Assembly (NCBI GenBank): GCA_964453635.1
Contig: CAYVSK010000005.1
Location: forward strand, 1,760-57,314
DNA from: an uncultured Weeksellaceae bacterium
GTDB lineage: Bacteria; Bacteroidota; Bacteroidia; Flavobacteriales_D; CAYVSK01
Length of the DNA stretch: 55,555 nt
Reading direction: 5' to 3'
Below the pieces are notes generated by a model. The model did no database searches. It was not told the origin of the DNA and worked only from the letters and a program-made list of their open reading frames with translations. Numbering within the stretch: the first letter of the stretch is position 1; the number at the start of each line of letters is the position of its first letter. Below are positions 1 through 9,540 of this stretch, piece after piece. A program made the translations under genes and the position numbers.

Positions 1-1113
1 GGTAAGGACATCACTGACAGCCTGGTCCACTACTTTGGAGATCTCGCTGTTTCCTAGCTTCGTCTTGGTCTGTCCCTCGAACTGGGGTTCGGCCACCTTT
101 ACAGAGACGATGGCCGTAAGACCCTCCCGAAAGTCATCGCCGTTGATCTCGAATTTGAGCTTGTCCAATTGGCCGGAACGTTCAGCATACTTTTTCAGGG
201 TCCGGGTGAGCGCCCGGCGGAATCCCATGAGGTGGACCCCTCCCTCATGGGTATTAATGTTGTTGACATAGGAGTGGAGGTTCTCGCCAAAGGATGTATT
301 GTACACCATGGCCACTTCCACCGGTACATCCTCCACCTCGGTGTCGAGATAGATCGGCTGGCTGATCAGTTGCTCACGCGTTGCGTCCAGGAACTCCACG
401 AATTCTTTCAGGCCACCTTCAGAATGGAACTCCTGGTATTTGGGTTCGCCTTCCTCGTTCTTTTCCCTTTTGTCCTGGATGGAAAGGGTGATTCCCTTGT
501 TCAGGTAGGCCAGTTCGCGGAGTCGTGAAGCAAGGGTTTCGTAATTGAATTCGGTCACGGAGAAGATCCCCTGGTCGGGCTTGAAAGTGATCCCGGTTCC
601 GGTGCTGTTCGTTTTGCCGGTCTCCCGGATCTCCCCTTGGGGGTGTCCGGCTTTGTATGTCTGTTCGTAAATGGCTCCCGCTCGCTGTATCTTTACGGTA
701 AGCCATTCCGAAAGGGCGTTGACACAGGAAACACCGACCCCGTGGAGACCGCCCGATACTTTGTAGGAATCCTTGTCGAACTTTCCGCCTGCGTGGAGCA
801 TGGTCATGACCACTTCGAGCGCGGATCGTTGTTCCTTTTCGTGGAATTCCACCGGGATCCCGCGGCCATCGTCCGCCACGGTAACGGAATCGTCTTCGTT
901 GATACTGACATCGATGCGTTGACAATGACCGGCAAGGGCTTCGTCGATCGAATTGTCAACCACCTCGTTCACAAGGTGGTGAAGTCCCTTGGTAGAAATG
1001 TCCCCGATGTACATGGCCGGCCGTTTCCGGACGGCTTCCAAACCTTCCAGGATATGGATACTCTCGGCAGAGTAATCCTGGTTTTTGATCTCGTCGGTTT
1101 TCTCGTCGCTCAT
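1..1113 (-). CDS. gyrB: DNA gyrase subunit B, N-terminal ~371 codons (rest of gene lies left of the window)
   Basis: My own minus-strand translation from the ATG at 1113-1111 gives MSDEKTDEIKNQDYSAESIHILEGLEAVRKRPAMYIGD...HHLVNEVVDNSIDEALAGH...GGLHGVGVSCVNALS, which are the GHKL ATPase motifs of GyrB. The frame stays open to base 1. It is absent from the ORF track because it is edge-truncated. Confidence 0.97.
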   Translation of the reverse strand, partial: MSDEKTDEIKNQDYSAESIHILEGLEAVRKRPAMYIGDISTKGLHHLVNEVVDNSIDEALAGHCQRIDVSINEDDSVTVADDGRGIPVEFHEKEQRSALEVVMTMLHAGGKFDKDSYKVSGGLHGVGVSCVNALSEWLTVKIQRAGAIYEQTYKAGHPQGEIRETGKTNSTGTGITFKPDQGIFSVTEFNYETLASRLRELAYLNKGITLSIQDKREKNEEGEPKYQEFHSEGGLKEFVEFLDATREQLISQPIYLDTEVEDVPVEVAMVYNTSFGENLHSYVNNINTHEGGVHLMGFRRALTRTLKKYAERSGQLDKLKFEINGDDFREGLTAIVSVKVAEPQFEGQTKTKLGNSEISKVVDQAVSDVLT

Positions 1114-1362
1114 ATCGATGATGAAAAAGATTTTCGTTCCCCGACAAAAATAATCAACTAAAAAGGGCTTTTTGCTTTTCTGCCGGGCTTTTCAGCGTTT
1201 TTTATCAACATTCGGTCCGCCCTCGGAATAGGTCCACAAATGGTTTTTATTTCCCCTGTTCCGCCGTATTTCAACGCTCTATAAGGATAACCGACGAGGC
1301 CGGGGATTGTTCACCACGCTTTGTTGTTGAAAAACCGTTCTTTAAGCACGGATCGTCAGGTC

Positions 1363-3072
1363 CTAAAAGCGGTAGGTGAGGCCGCCGAGGACCTGGAATC
1401 CCTGAACGGGGTAACGGTACCAGCGCTGATATTGGTCGCCCATGATGTTATTGAATTGAAAGAAAGCGGAAAGGCGTTTCGTATAGAGGTACTCGATACC
1501 GAGGGAAGCATCGAAGTAGTCATTCATTTCTACGGGGTAAGCCCCGAAAAGGGGGTCGACACCCTCAACTGGTCTCAGGGATTTGGCTGTTCTTCCGTTG
1601 ATATACAGGAGGTCCGCCCGTACGATGAATTTTTCCTGAATATCATAGGTCCCTCTTAGCATCCCTTTAAAGCGTGGCAGGTTCCACGCATGGGTCTCGT
1701 TGGTCATATCGTATTCATAAAAGGTTCCCCTCAGGAGAAATTTGAAGCGTTCTCCTTGGTTGTAGGATAGTTCTCCGCGCAGGCGGAGCGCGTCCATCGT
1801 ATCGTGGATCACCTTAAAGCGGTTCTCGTAGGTTGACAGGGTGTCCATGACGAAAAGGGGACGGTCCTCGATCTGCTTGGAGGACACATGAAGATTGAAG
1901 TTCAGGGAGGAGGAGATCGCGCCGCGTAAACCACCGTATAGCTCGAGTTTTTTGTTTCTGTTCCGAAGATCCAGGCCGGACCGGACATAAGGATTGCTCC
2001 CGGCGAGCTCCTTGAAGCTGTTCCGCTCTATATTACCATTTATACCAGCATAAGGGATCAGGATCCCGTCGAGAAGGATGTATTTCCCTTCAGCATCGGG
2101 ATAGAAATGAAAGCGGGAAGTCCCCTTTCCCAATTCGGCCCTGATCTTCAGTCCGAGGTCGAGCCGCCAGTTCTTCCCTTTTGAGGTGATCGAAGGCCTC
2201 AGACCTACGATCGTGTTTTCCACGAACCTTTCAGGGGCCTCCCGGGTCCCGGGATCGAAGCTGTACCGGTTATAGTCCACCAGTGCTCCCAATTGGAGGT
2301 TCTCACCTTCATAAGCTTTCTCCACCTCTCCCTTGAGTTTGGCCCGGTGTTCCTTTGCACCGTGATCATCCCCGAAGTAATGGTAATCGAGGGCGATCCG
2401 GTCATGCAATTGAGCGGTGTCTTCGTGAAGGCTCTCGGTGCGCCCCTTGAAATAAGCTTCCTGGAAGATCTGCTGCAGTTCTGCTTGTTTCTGTACTTTT
2501 TCCTCGAATTTTTCCGGGAGGCCGTAGAAGTGGTCCACTTGCCGGTCGTATCCCATTTTACCGGTCCAGGTCCGTTCGTCCCCGAAGATATTGCCGTGAA
2601 TGTTTGCCTGGTTCGTACTAAACCCTTCCAGATCGGTGCCATCAACCCCTCCATTGCTGGAATAATGCTTGAGGTGGGCTCCGTAAGCGTGGTCTTTGGA
2701 GCGTTTGCTGTTGTAGTGGAATGCCCCCAGGGGTGAACCGTATGTTCCGATCCCGGCTTTTACATAACTGTTGTAGAGCTTGTCAAGGGGTTCCCGGATC
2801 CGGAGGCGTGCAGGGGGGATCGGGTTCACCTTGAAACTTGTTCGCACCTGTTTGGGAATGAGGTCGTATTCCGGTGTGGGTTCGGAGATCGTTGAATCGT
2901 AAAGGGAAGGAGAAGCATTAAGTTTCTCCGCATCGGCTACTGAGGGGACCCATTCCCCAACCGTCACGATCTTGGTGGAGAGTTTCTCTCCTTCGTCCTC
3001 CTGCCCTTTTCCGGGGCTTGAAAAAAGAAGCAGGGAGATGCAGATAAGCGCCAGGGGATAGTGGGCTCTCAT
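1363..3072 (-). CDS. Outer-membrane beta-barrel protein (Bacteroidota 'putative porin' type)
   Basis: ORF 1363..3120. The likely start is the internal ATG at 3072 (MRAHYPLALICISLLLFSSPGKGQ, a signal peptide). Alternating beta-strand-like sequence ends in ...GGLTYRF, a C-terminal aromatic typical of OM barrels. It sits directly downstream of the TPR gene. Confidence 0.7.
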   Translation of the reverse strand: MRAHYPLALICISLLLFSSPGKGQEDEGEKLSTKIVTVGEWVPSVADAEKLNASPSLYDSTISEPTPEYDLIPKQVRTSFKVNPIPPARLRIREPLDKLYNSYVKAGIGTYGSPLGAFHYNSKRSKDHAYGAHLKHYSSNGGVDGTDLEGFSTNQANIHGNIFGDERTWTGKMGYDRQVDHFYGLPEKFEEKVQKQAELQQIFQEAYFKGRTESLHEDTAQLHDRIALDYHYFGDDHGAKEHRAKLKGEVEKAYEGENLQLGALVDYNRYSFDPGTREAPERFVENTIVGLRPSITSKGKNWRLDLGLKIRAELGKGTSRFHFYPDAEGKYILLDGILIPYAGINGNIERNSFKELAGSNPYVRSGLDLRNRNKKLELYGGLRGAISSSLNFNLHVSSKQIEDRPLFVMDTLSTYENRFKVIHDTMDALRLRGELSYNQGERFKFLLRGTFYEYDMTNETHAWNLPRFKGMLRGTYDIQEKFIVRADLLYINGRTAKSLRPVEGVDPLFGAYPVEMNDYFDASLGIEYLYTKRLSAFFQFNNIMGDQYQRWYRYPVQGFQVLGGLTYRF

Positions 3073-3116
3073 CTTTTCTAGGCTGCGGGGTCCTGCTTTA
3101 TGGCAGGTCTGTTCAT

Positions 3117-6100
3117 TCATTGGGATCCTCCTTTACCGTTTTCTCCGGTCGCGCTCGTGTCCTGCTTTTTCCCTGATCCTTTTTTGTCACGATCTTCCGG
3201 AGCTTCATACAGCTTTTTGTAGGCTTCTTGTTCCCGCGGATCCTCTACCTCGAATCCTTCCAGCTCGTTCTCCATTTTTTCCATCTCCTTCTTTTGTTCG
3301 GCTTTTTCCTCCTTTTTCCTTTCCAGCGCTTTTATTTCTTCCAGCTTTTTTCGGACCCGCTTAAGCACTTTTTGGTCGTCGTGATGCTCGATGATGTCTT
3401 TGAGCGTTTCTTTGGCCTGAAACAGGTCATTCAGTTCCCTATAATTATCGGCCAGGAGGATCAGGGCTTTTATCGTCCACTTCTTGTGTCCGGGATGCTT
3501 GTCCACGAGGGAAAAGACCGCTTCTTTTGAACGCTTGTAACGACCCTGTTCGTGATGAATACGGGCAAAACGGTAGTGGGCTTCCGCAGCCAGTTTGCTG
3601 CTCGTTGTATCTTTTGCGGTGGCGAAGGTGGCAAGGGCCTTTGCTGTATCCCCGAGGGTTTTGTGGGACTTCCCCTGGATCAGCATGGCCTCGATCTTCA
3701 CGGGACGGGAGACCTTTTCCCCTGCCCTGACCTTCCTGCTGTAGGTAAGGGCCTTTTCTGCTTTCCCGAGTTGGTGGTAACAACGCATCTGCCCGATGAT
3801 CGCTTTTCTGGTGTTCTCCTCCCGGCTGGCGACCTCTTCAAGGGCCAAATAATGCTCGAGTGCCCGTTCCATGTCCCCTTGCTGGTACCGGATGGTGGAA
3901 GCATTGCGAAGAGCGGGCTCGGTGAATTTGTTCACAGGCCGTGAGGCAATGGTCTCGAGGTCCTCGAGGGCCTTCTCTTTTTGATTTTGTTTCAAATGGG
4001 CACGTGCTTTGTAGAAATGGGCATTCAATGCGAAGTTGGCGGGCTCGAACTGGTCCAGGTATTTTTTGAAGGCGTCAATGGCCCGGTCGTACTTTCCGTC
4101 CAAGTAGAGTTTCTCTGCTGATTCGTAATTGGCTGCGTCCAGGTCCTGCTTTGAGATATCGATATGGTCGAGCTGCTGGACGTATCGGTTGTACTTCTCC
4201 ATCTCGCCGTTGTTGACGTGAATGCTTTCGATCTGGGAGAGGGCTTCCCGGGCAGCTTTAAAGTCCCCGTAGTTATCCACCACTTTTTTGTAGACGTTCA
4301 AGGCCTTTTCGTCCGATCCTTCTCTTTGATGGATCAATCCCATGCTGAGAAGGGCTTTTCTCGCATAGCTGCTTTTGGGGTACTGCTCGGTGACCTTTTT
4401 GAAGTAGGTAAAGGCTTTCTCGTCGTTCTCTTTTTTCACGAGGTAGGTCTGGCCGAGGTGATAAAGACCATCGGGTATGTAGTGGAGATCCTTTTCTTCG
4501 TTGACCAATTCCTTGAGCAGCTCGATCTTGTCGTCGTATTTCCGGATCAGGCCTTTGCAAAGGGCCATTTGAAAAAGGCCGTGGCCCTTGTCCAAGGCCC
4601 CGGCATCGACCCCTTCGCGGTAAAAGTCGATGGCCCTTCTGTATTTTTTCTGGGCGTAAAAACAATCCCCCGTTCGGAGGTAAGCATCGGCGACGCGTTT
4701 TTGAGCCTTGTTCCCATCCGCGTCGACGTATTTTCGGAAGAACTCGGCCGCTTTCTCGTATTCTTCCTGCTGAAAGTGGGCGTATCCCGATCCGTAATAA
4801 GAGCGGCGATACACCGAAAGGGTGAAAGCGCCCCCTGTTCTCCTGAGTGCTTTGTAAGTGTTCAGGGCCTTTTGGTATCGGCCGATGCGATAATAACTCT
4901 CGGCTTGCCAGTATTTGCTTTTGGCGACCAATTCATTCTTTTGGGGATATTTTCTCGAGCGCTTGAAACGTTTGATGGCCTTTGAATAGGCTTTGTTCTG
5001 GAAGAGTTCGATCCCCCGGTTGAAAGCGACCATCTGATGGGCTGAGCGCATTCGTGTATTCGGGTTTTCCAGCTCCTCGAGGGAAGCGAGGGCTGAACTG
5101 TAATTCTTGGTGGTCATATAGAGTTGAAGGAGGTATTCATGTGCATCCTCGATCCGCGGGGCTTCCGGATACTTATCGATAAAGGTTCGGAAGGCTTCTA
5201 TGGCTTTTTGCTGCGGATCGTAGGACAATTCATAAGCGAGGGTAGCGTAGCGGAACAAGGCATCTTTTTGGATGTCCGTGTCGTAAGCGCTTTCGGAAGC
5301 GGCATGAAAAGCGCTTTGTGCCAGCTCTTTCCGGTCCTTTTTCAGATAGGCATCTGCGAGGTGATAATAGGCCGTCTGGCCAAGGCTGTCGCTGCGTCCC
5401 GCCACTTCTTTCAGGTTATCGATGGCTTCATCCATTCGACCGGCTTTGTAGTAGGCGAAGCCCAATTGATAACGGTCCTCCCTGGTGAATTTTCGACGGC
5501 TTTTTCTGCGGTACTGGTCGAGGTAGGGGATGGCCTTTTCGAAACGGTCCATATGGTAAAAAGCCTCTCCGATAAGCCGGGCTATCTCAGCGGTCCTTCT
5601 GGTCCCTGATGAGTCGAGGAGGGGTGGGGCATACTGGACGAGTTTTTCGTATTTGTCCTGCAAATAATAGATCTGGGTGAGATAGTAGGGGACCACTTTT
5701 CCGAAACTTGCGTGGTCCCGGACCCGTTTGAAACTTTCCAGTGCGGTCTGGTACTTCCCCCTTTTGTAAGCGATATGGCCGTAATAGTAGTTGACGGGCG
5801 CGTAGTAGTCGCTCTCTTGGTCCTTGATCGTATAAAAAGCATCCCAGGCGGGGTCAAAGCGTTCTTCCCGGAAATGGGCGTAGCCTTTCTTGAATGCGGA
5901 TTCAGCTCTTTCTTCTGCTTCGAGCTTTGACTTATCGGCCTTTTCGAACCAGTGAACAGCCTGGTCATTGTCTCTGTTGCGGTAAGCGAATCGACCGAGC
6001 TGAAAATAAGCATTGGGTAGCCAAGGACTGTCGGGGTGTTCCCGAACAAAGTCACGCAATTGTTGGCCAGCGTCCTTATGAAATAACTTGACCGCGCAGA

Positions 6101-6389
6101 GTGCTTTGTAGTATTTGGCACTGATACGGACAGGGTCGCCGGGGGTATTGTTCCGTTCGATCACCCGGTCGAAGGCTTCCCGGGCAGCACCGTACATTTC
6201 CTTGTCAAAAAGCTCGAAGGCCCTTTTCTGTTCGGGGAGGAGTTCGCTTGTAGCCGGTCTTTGACCGAATACGGAGAGGGAAAGCAAAAGAGCAAGGAGC
6301 ACCATTCCGTATCGTCCGGCGTATAAACGCATAAATCCAAACAGGGACAGGTTGAAGACCATAAAAGTAGAAAGGTCCGGCACTGGCAT
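3117..6389 (-). CDS. Very large tetratricopeptide-repeat (TPR) protein with signal peptide and K/E-rich C-terminal tail
   Basis: 1090-aa ORF. Repeated TPR-like A/Y/F-x-x-A/G patterns run throughout (..AYFQLGRFAY.., ..AYYHLADAYL.., ..YWQAESYYRIGRY..). The hydrophobic N-terminus is MRLYAGRYGMVLLALLLSLSVFGQ, with alternative starts at 6362 or 6332. The tail is KKLEEIKALERKKEEKAEQKKEMEKMENELE. Confidence 0.8.
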   Translation of the reverse strand: MPVPDLSTFMVFNLSLFGFMRLYAGRYGMVLLALLLSLSVFGQRPATSELLPEQKRAFELFDKEMYGAAREAFDRVIERNNTPGDPVRISAKYYKALCAVKLFHKDAGQQLRDFVREHPDSPWLPNAYFQLGRFAYRNRDNDQAVHWFEKADKSKLEAEERAESAFKKGYAHFREERFDPAWDAFYTIKDQESDYYAPVNYYYGHIAYKRGKYQTALESFKRVRDHASFGKVVPYYLTQIYYLQDKYEKLVQYAPPLLDSSGTRRTAEIARLIGEAFYHMDRFEKAIPYLDQYRRKSRRKFTREDRYQLGFAYYKAGRMDEAIDNLKEVAGRSDSLGQTAYYHLADAYLKKDRKELAQSAFHAASESAYDTDIQKDALFRYATLAYELSYDPQQKAIEAFRTFIDKYPEAPRIEDAHEYLLQLYMTTKNYSSALASLEELENPNTRMRSAHQMVAFNRGIELFQNKAYSKAIKRFKRSRKYPQKNELVAKSKYWQAESYYRIGRYQKALNTYKALRRTGGAFTLSVYRRSYYGSGYAHFQQEEYEKAAEFFRKYVDADGNKAQKRVADAYLRTGDCFYAQKKYRRAIDFYREGVDAGALDKGHGLFQMALCKGLIRKYDDKIELLKELVNEEKDLHYIPDGLYHLGQTYLVKKENDEKAFTYFKKVTEQYPKSSYARKALLSMGLIHQREGSDEKALNVYKKVVDNYGDFKAAREALSQIESIHVNNGEMEKYNRYVQQLDHIDISKQDLDAANYESAEKLYLDGKYDRAIDAFKKYLDQFEPANFALNAHFYKARAHLKQNQKEKALEDLETIASRPVNKFTEPALRNASTIRYQQGDMERALEHYLALEEVASREENTRKAIIGQMRCYHQLGKAEKALTYSRKVRAGEKVSRPVKIEAMLIQGKSHKTLGDTAKALATFATAKDTTSSKLAAEAHYRFARIHHEQGRYKRSKEAVFSLVDKHPGHKKWTIKALILLADNYRELNDLFQAKETLKDIIEHHDDQKVLKRVRKKLEEIKALERKKEEKAEQKKEMEKMENELEGFEVEDPREQEAYKKLYEAPEDRDKKGSGKKQDTSATGENGKGGSQ

Positions 6390-6422
6390 GCGGAGTTCCA
6401 GGGGTAAGTTTTTAACACGCTT

Positions 6423-7232
6423 GTGTTAAGATTAATCTTCGCCTTAGAACGCCGGAGTGCACTTCAAGCTTTGTACTTTTACTTCCCCTTATCACCCGTA
6501 AAGTCCCACTATGGTCGGGCGGGGTGGAAAGCATCCATCATTTCCGGTAACGGGTCACATATCGTAAGGCTGGAAGGGGCCGATATTTACCAGGAGGACC
6601 ATTTGGTCCTGCAGAGCGTGGATCTCCGCATGGATGAGGGGGAGTTCGTGTATTTGGTGGGCAAGACCGGAAGTGGCAAAAGTACCCTGCTCAAGACCCT
6701 TTACGGGGAATTGCCGTTGAAAGCGGGTGAAGGGGAGGTGGTGGGTTACGATCTCCGGAAGCTCAAAAAAAAGGAAGTTCCCTATCTGAGGCGTGAACTG
6801 GGGATCGTGTTCCAGGATTTTCAGTTGCTGACCGATCGCAGTGTGCAGGATAACATGTGGTTCGTGATGAAGGCGACCGGTTGGAAGGATAAAAAGGAGA
6901 TGAAAAAACGCATGGAAAATGTGTTGGAAAGGGTGGGGCTGGGTACGAAAGGTTTCAAGATGCCCCATGAGCTTTCCGGGGGTGAACAACAAAGGGTGGT
7001 CATCGCCCGGTCCCTCCTTAACGATCCCGCCCTGATCCTGGCCGATGAGCCCACGGGAAATCTCGATCCTGAGACCACCAAAGGGATCATTGAGCTCTTG
7101 TTCGAAATAAGCGGCCGCGGCCGTGGCGTCCTGATGGCTTCACACGACTTTCACATCATGAAGGAGTTTCCCGCCCGTACCATCAAATGTCAGGACTCAA
7201 CGGTTGTCGCATCGGAAAGAGGATCTTCCTGA
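6423..7232 (+). CDS. ftsE: Cell-division ABC ATPase FtsE (start codon uncertain)
   Basis: Walker [10 protein letters not shown], signature LSGGEQQR, Walker [13 protein letters not shown] and H-loop MASHD are present, and the overall sequence is FtsE-like. The homologous part begins near 6560. The only ATG/GTG/TTG in frame upstream is the GTG at 6423. Confidence 0.85.
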   Translation: MLRLIFALERRSALQALYFYFPLSPVKSHYGRAGWKASIISGNGSHIVRLEGADIYQEDHLVLQSVDLRMDEGEFVYLVGKTGSGKSTLLKTLYGELPLKAGEGEVVGYDLRKLKKKEVPYLRRELGIVFQDFQLLTDRSVQDNMWFVMKATGWKDKKEMKKRMENVLERVGLGTKGFKMPHELSGGEQQRVVIARSLLNDPALILADEPTGNLDPETTKGIIELLFEISGRGRGVLMASHDFHIMKEFPARTIKCQDSTVVASERGSS

Positions 7233-8349
7233 AGCGTTCCGCGTTGGCTTTGTTCGAGAACTCTTTTTCGAGGATCTTCCGGCGAACTTCCTTCTCTTCC
7301 TCATCCAATGACCGTTCCATGAGCATATCCAGGGTGTTGGCCATTTCGAGTGGATCTTCGCAGCGATGGCAGAGGGGTTCCAGACCCGTCCGTTCCACCA
7401 TTGGGCCGTTCACTATACAATGATGCCCCCGGAACAAGGCGTTCAGCAATTTCAACTTGATGCCGGTACCCTGGAAGGTGGGAAGGATATTCACCCAGGC
7501 CTTTCCGATCAGTTCATGGATCCGGTCTTTGTTCGGGTTCTCGATCAGTTGAACATTCTTTTGGCTTTCGGCTCTTGACCGTAGCGATGCCGATGGGGCA
7601 TTCCCGGCTATGATCAGCTTCTTGTCCGTTCGGCTGAAGACCTCATCGACCAGGAAACGGGCTGCCTTTTCATTCTCTGCAACTCCGAGGTTCCCGTGAT
7701 ACAGGGAGAAAGCTTCCGGCTCCCCGGGGATCTCTACAACCCGATTGTCGTGAAAAGGGGGCAGGTAATGAACATTCGGGAAGCGGGCGGCATAATATTC
7801 GGTATCCTGTCTCGAAATGGGCAAGAGCCCGTCGGCATGGATCAGCTCGCGCTCAAAATTTTTGAGCTTTTTGCTTTCCAGTCTGAAGAAGTTCTTTTTG
7901 AAATGATTCGTCTCGGCTTGGCTCAGGGCCTGGTAATATTCGTGTTCAACGTTGTGCAATCGTACGAACTTTGGCTTGTGGGCGATCCTGGGGTCTTTCA
8001 GGTGGTGACAGGTATGCAGTCCCTCGAACAATACGGGATGCTCATCCCCGGCCAGCGTTTCCACCAGTTTTTCGCTTTTCCGGGTGGATACGATAAAGGG
8101 CCATTTCTGGAGGATCAAATGTTTCTGGAGGCGGCGCGGATAGTAGTATACGGCCTCAGCGTAGTGTTCCAGGGCTTGGCTGGTGGGTCGCTGATACTGG
8201 AAGCAATGGAGGATGACCCTGTGACCTGTTTCCCGCAGGGCAATGAGCTTGAAAAGCACATCCGTAACTCCGCCGTAATCGGCCGGGTAGGGAACATCGA
8301 AGGATACGATATGGAGGAGGCCTTCATCCGGAATGGCCATGGATCGCAT
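7183..8349 (-). CDS. Glycosyltransferase (GT1/GT4-like)
   Basis: 388-aa ORF with a GT-B-like layout (HIVSFDVPYPADYGGV..., ...LPTFQGTGIKLKLLNALFRGHHCIV). It overlaps the next GT gene, so they are probably an operon. Confidence 0.65.
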   Translation of the reverse strand: MRSMAIPDEGLLHIVSFDVPYPADYGGVTDVLFKLIALRETGHRVILHCFQYQRPTSQALEHYAEAVYYYPRRLQKHLILQKWPFIVSTRKSEKLVETLAGDEHPVLFEGLHTCHHLKDPRIAHKPKFVRLHNVEHEYYQALSQAETNHFKKNFFRLESKKLKNFERELIHADGLLPISRQDTEYYAARFPNVHYLPPFHDNRVVEIPGEPEAFSLYHGNLGVAENEKAARFLVDEVFSRTDKKLIIAGNAPSASLRSRAESQKNVQLIENPNKDRIHELIGKAWVNILPTFQGTGIKLKLLNALFRGHHCIVNGPMVERTGLEPLCHRCEDPLEMANTLDMLMERSLDEEEKEVRRKILEKEFSNKANAERFRKILFPMRQPLSPDI

Positions 8350-9466
8350 TCAGGGTCTTTATTTCTTTTTCCCAGCACAATTCCTCCGCGGCTTTGAGCG
8401 CATTGCTTCGGGCGTCTGATCGAAATTCGACATCCCGGGCAAGCTCGGAGACCTTGTGAGCAATGGCATCGGGCCGGACCGGGTCCAGGATCCTTCCGAC
8501 CCGGTATCGTTCGACGATCTTCCTTGTCTCGGGGAGATCCGATACCAGCATTGGTATCCCGGCATGAATGTATTCAAATATCTTGTTCGGCAAACTGTAA
8601 CGGTAATTGAGATTGGTCCCCTTATCGATACACAGACCAAGGTCGGAGACTTTGGTGTATTGCATCATGTGTTCGAAGCTACGTTTTCCCAGAAAAGATA
8701 CGTTCTTATCAACCGAAAAGGTTGCCGCCAATGCCTTTAATCGTTCAACGATATCGCCCCCGCCGATGATCAGGAGCTGGTACCTTTCCCCCAAACGGGA
8801 CATGGCTTCTATTAGTTCCTCGAGGCCCCGTTCGATGTTGATCCCGCCGGCCTGGAAAATGAGGATAAAGTGGTCCTCGGAAAGCCCCAGTTCGGTCCTC
8901 GAGGGTGTCCGGATCTTTCGGGTCCGCTCGAGGGAGGGAACATTACGGACCGTATGTACGGCCACTCCGTGGCGTTCGGAATAGATCCGGGCAAGGGTCT
9001 CATTAACGGTGTATACATATTGCAGGCGGGGTATAATGGTCCGTTCTATGAAGAGCCATACCTTTTTTACCAGTGGCCTATCCTTGAGTTCCGGTACTTC
9101 CGTGAAGAATTCGTGGGCATCGTAGAAGATATCGATCCCTTTCGTACGGGCCGCGAGGTAATTGGCAGGCAGTGTATCGGGGTCGTTGGCGATCACACGG
9201 TCGGTCCTTCGCCAGAGGAGAAGAAAAAAAAGGCGGATGTTGTACTCCGCGTAAAAGAGCGGCCCTTTTCTGAAGATCAGGCCCATCCTATGAGTTCGGT
9301 AGGGGCGCTGATCCAGGGGTTTGCTCCCTGGAAGTTTTCGCCCGACCAGAAGGACGTCGTGGCCTCGTTCCGATAGGTATCGGCATACGCGGTCCACACG
9401 TTGATCGGTGAAGAGGTCATTGATCACTGAAACGATGATCCTGGCCACGTTGGCACTTTCGCGCAA
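8324..9466 (-). CDS. Glycosyltransferase family 4-like
   Basis: 380-aa ORF with N-terminus IIVSVINDLFTDQRVDRVCRYLSERGHDVLLVG. The C-terminal GT-B motif region is LPNKIFEYIHAGIPMLVSDLPETRKIV. Confidence 0.7.
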   Translation of the reverse strand: MRESANVARIIVSVINDLFTDQRVDRVCRYLSERGHDVLLVGRKLPGSKPLDQRPYRTHRMGLIFRKGPLFYAEYNIRLFFLLLWRRTDRVIANDPDTLPANYLAARTKGIDIFYDAHEFFTEVPELKDRPLVKKVWLFIERTIIPRLQYVYTVNETLARIYSERHGVAVHTVRNVPSLERTRKIRTPSRTELGLSEDHFILIFQAGGINIERGLEELIEAMSRLGERYQLLIIGGGDIVERLKALAATFSVDKNVSFLGKRSFEHMMQYTKVSDLGLCIDKGTNLNYRYSLPNKIFEYIHAGIPMLVSDLPETRKIVERYRVGRILDPVRPDAIAHKVSELARDVEFRSDARSNALKAAEELCWEKEIKTLNAIHGHSG

Positions 9467-9540
9467 AGCTACGAGATCCCGCGACGGGTCAGGTCCCTTC
9501 GGATCCCTTAGCTTTGTGGTTCCTATTTCAGGAGCCGTTT

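Noticed and set aside
169-1161. Plus-strand ORFs 169-528 and 637-1161, and minus-strand ORF 419-925, at the left edge
   Set aside because: The region is fully explained by gyrB on the minus strand in another frame. That gene is missing from the ORF track only because it is edge-truncated.
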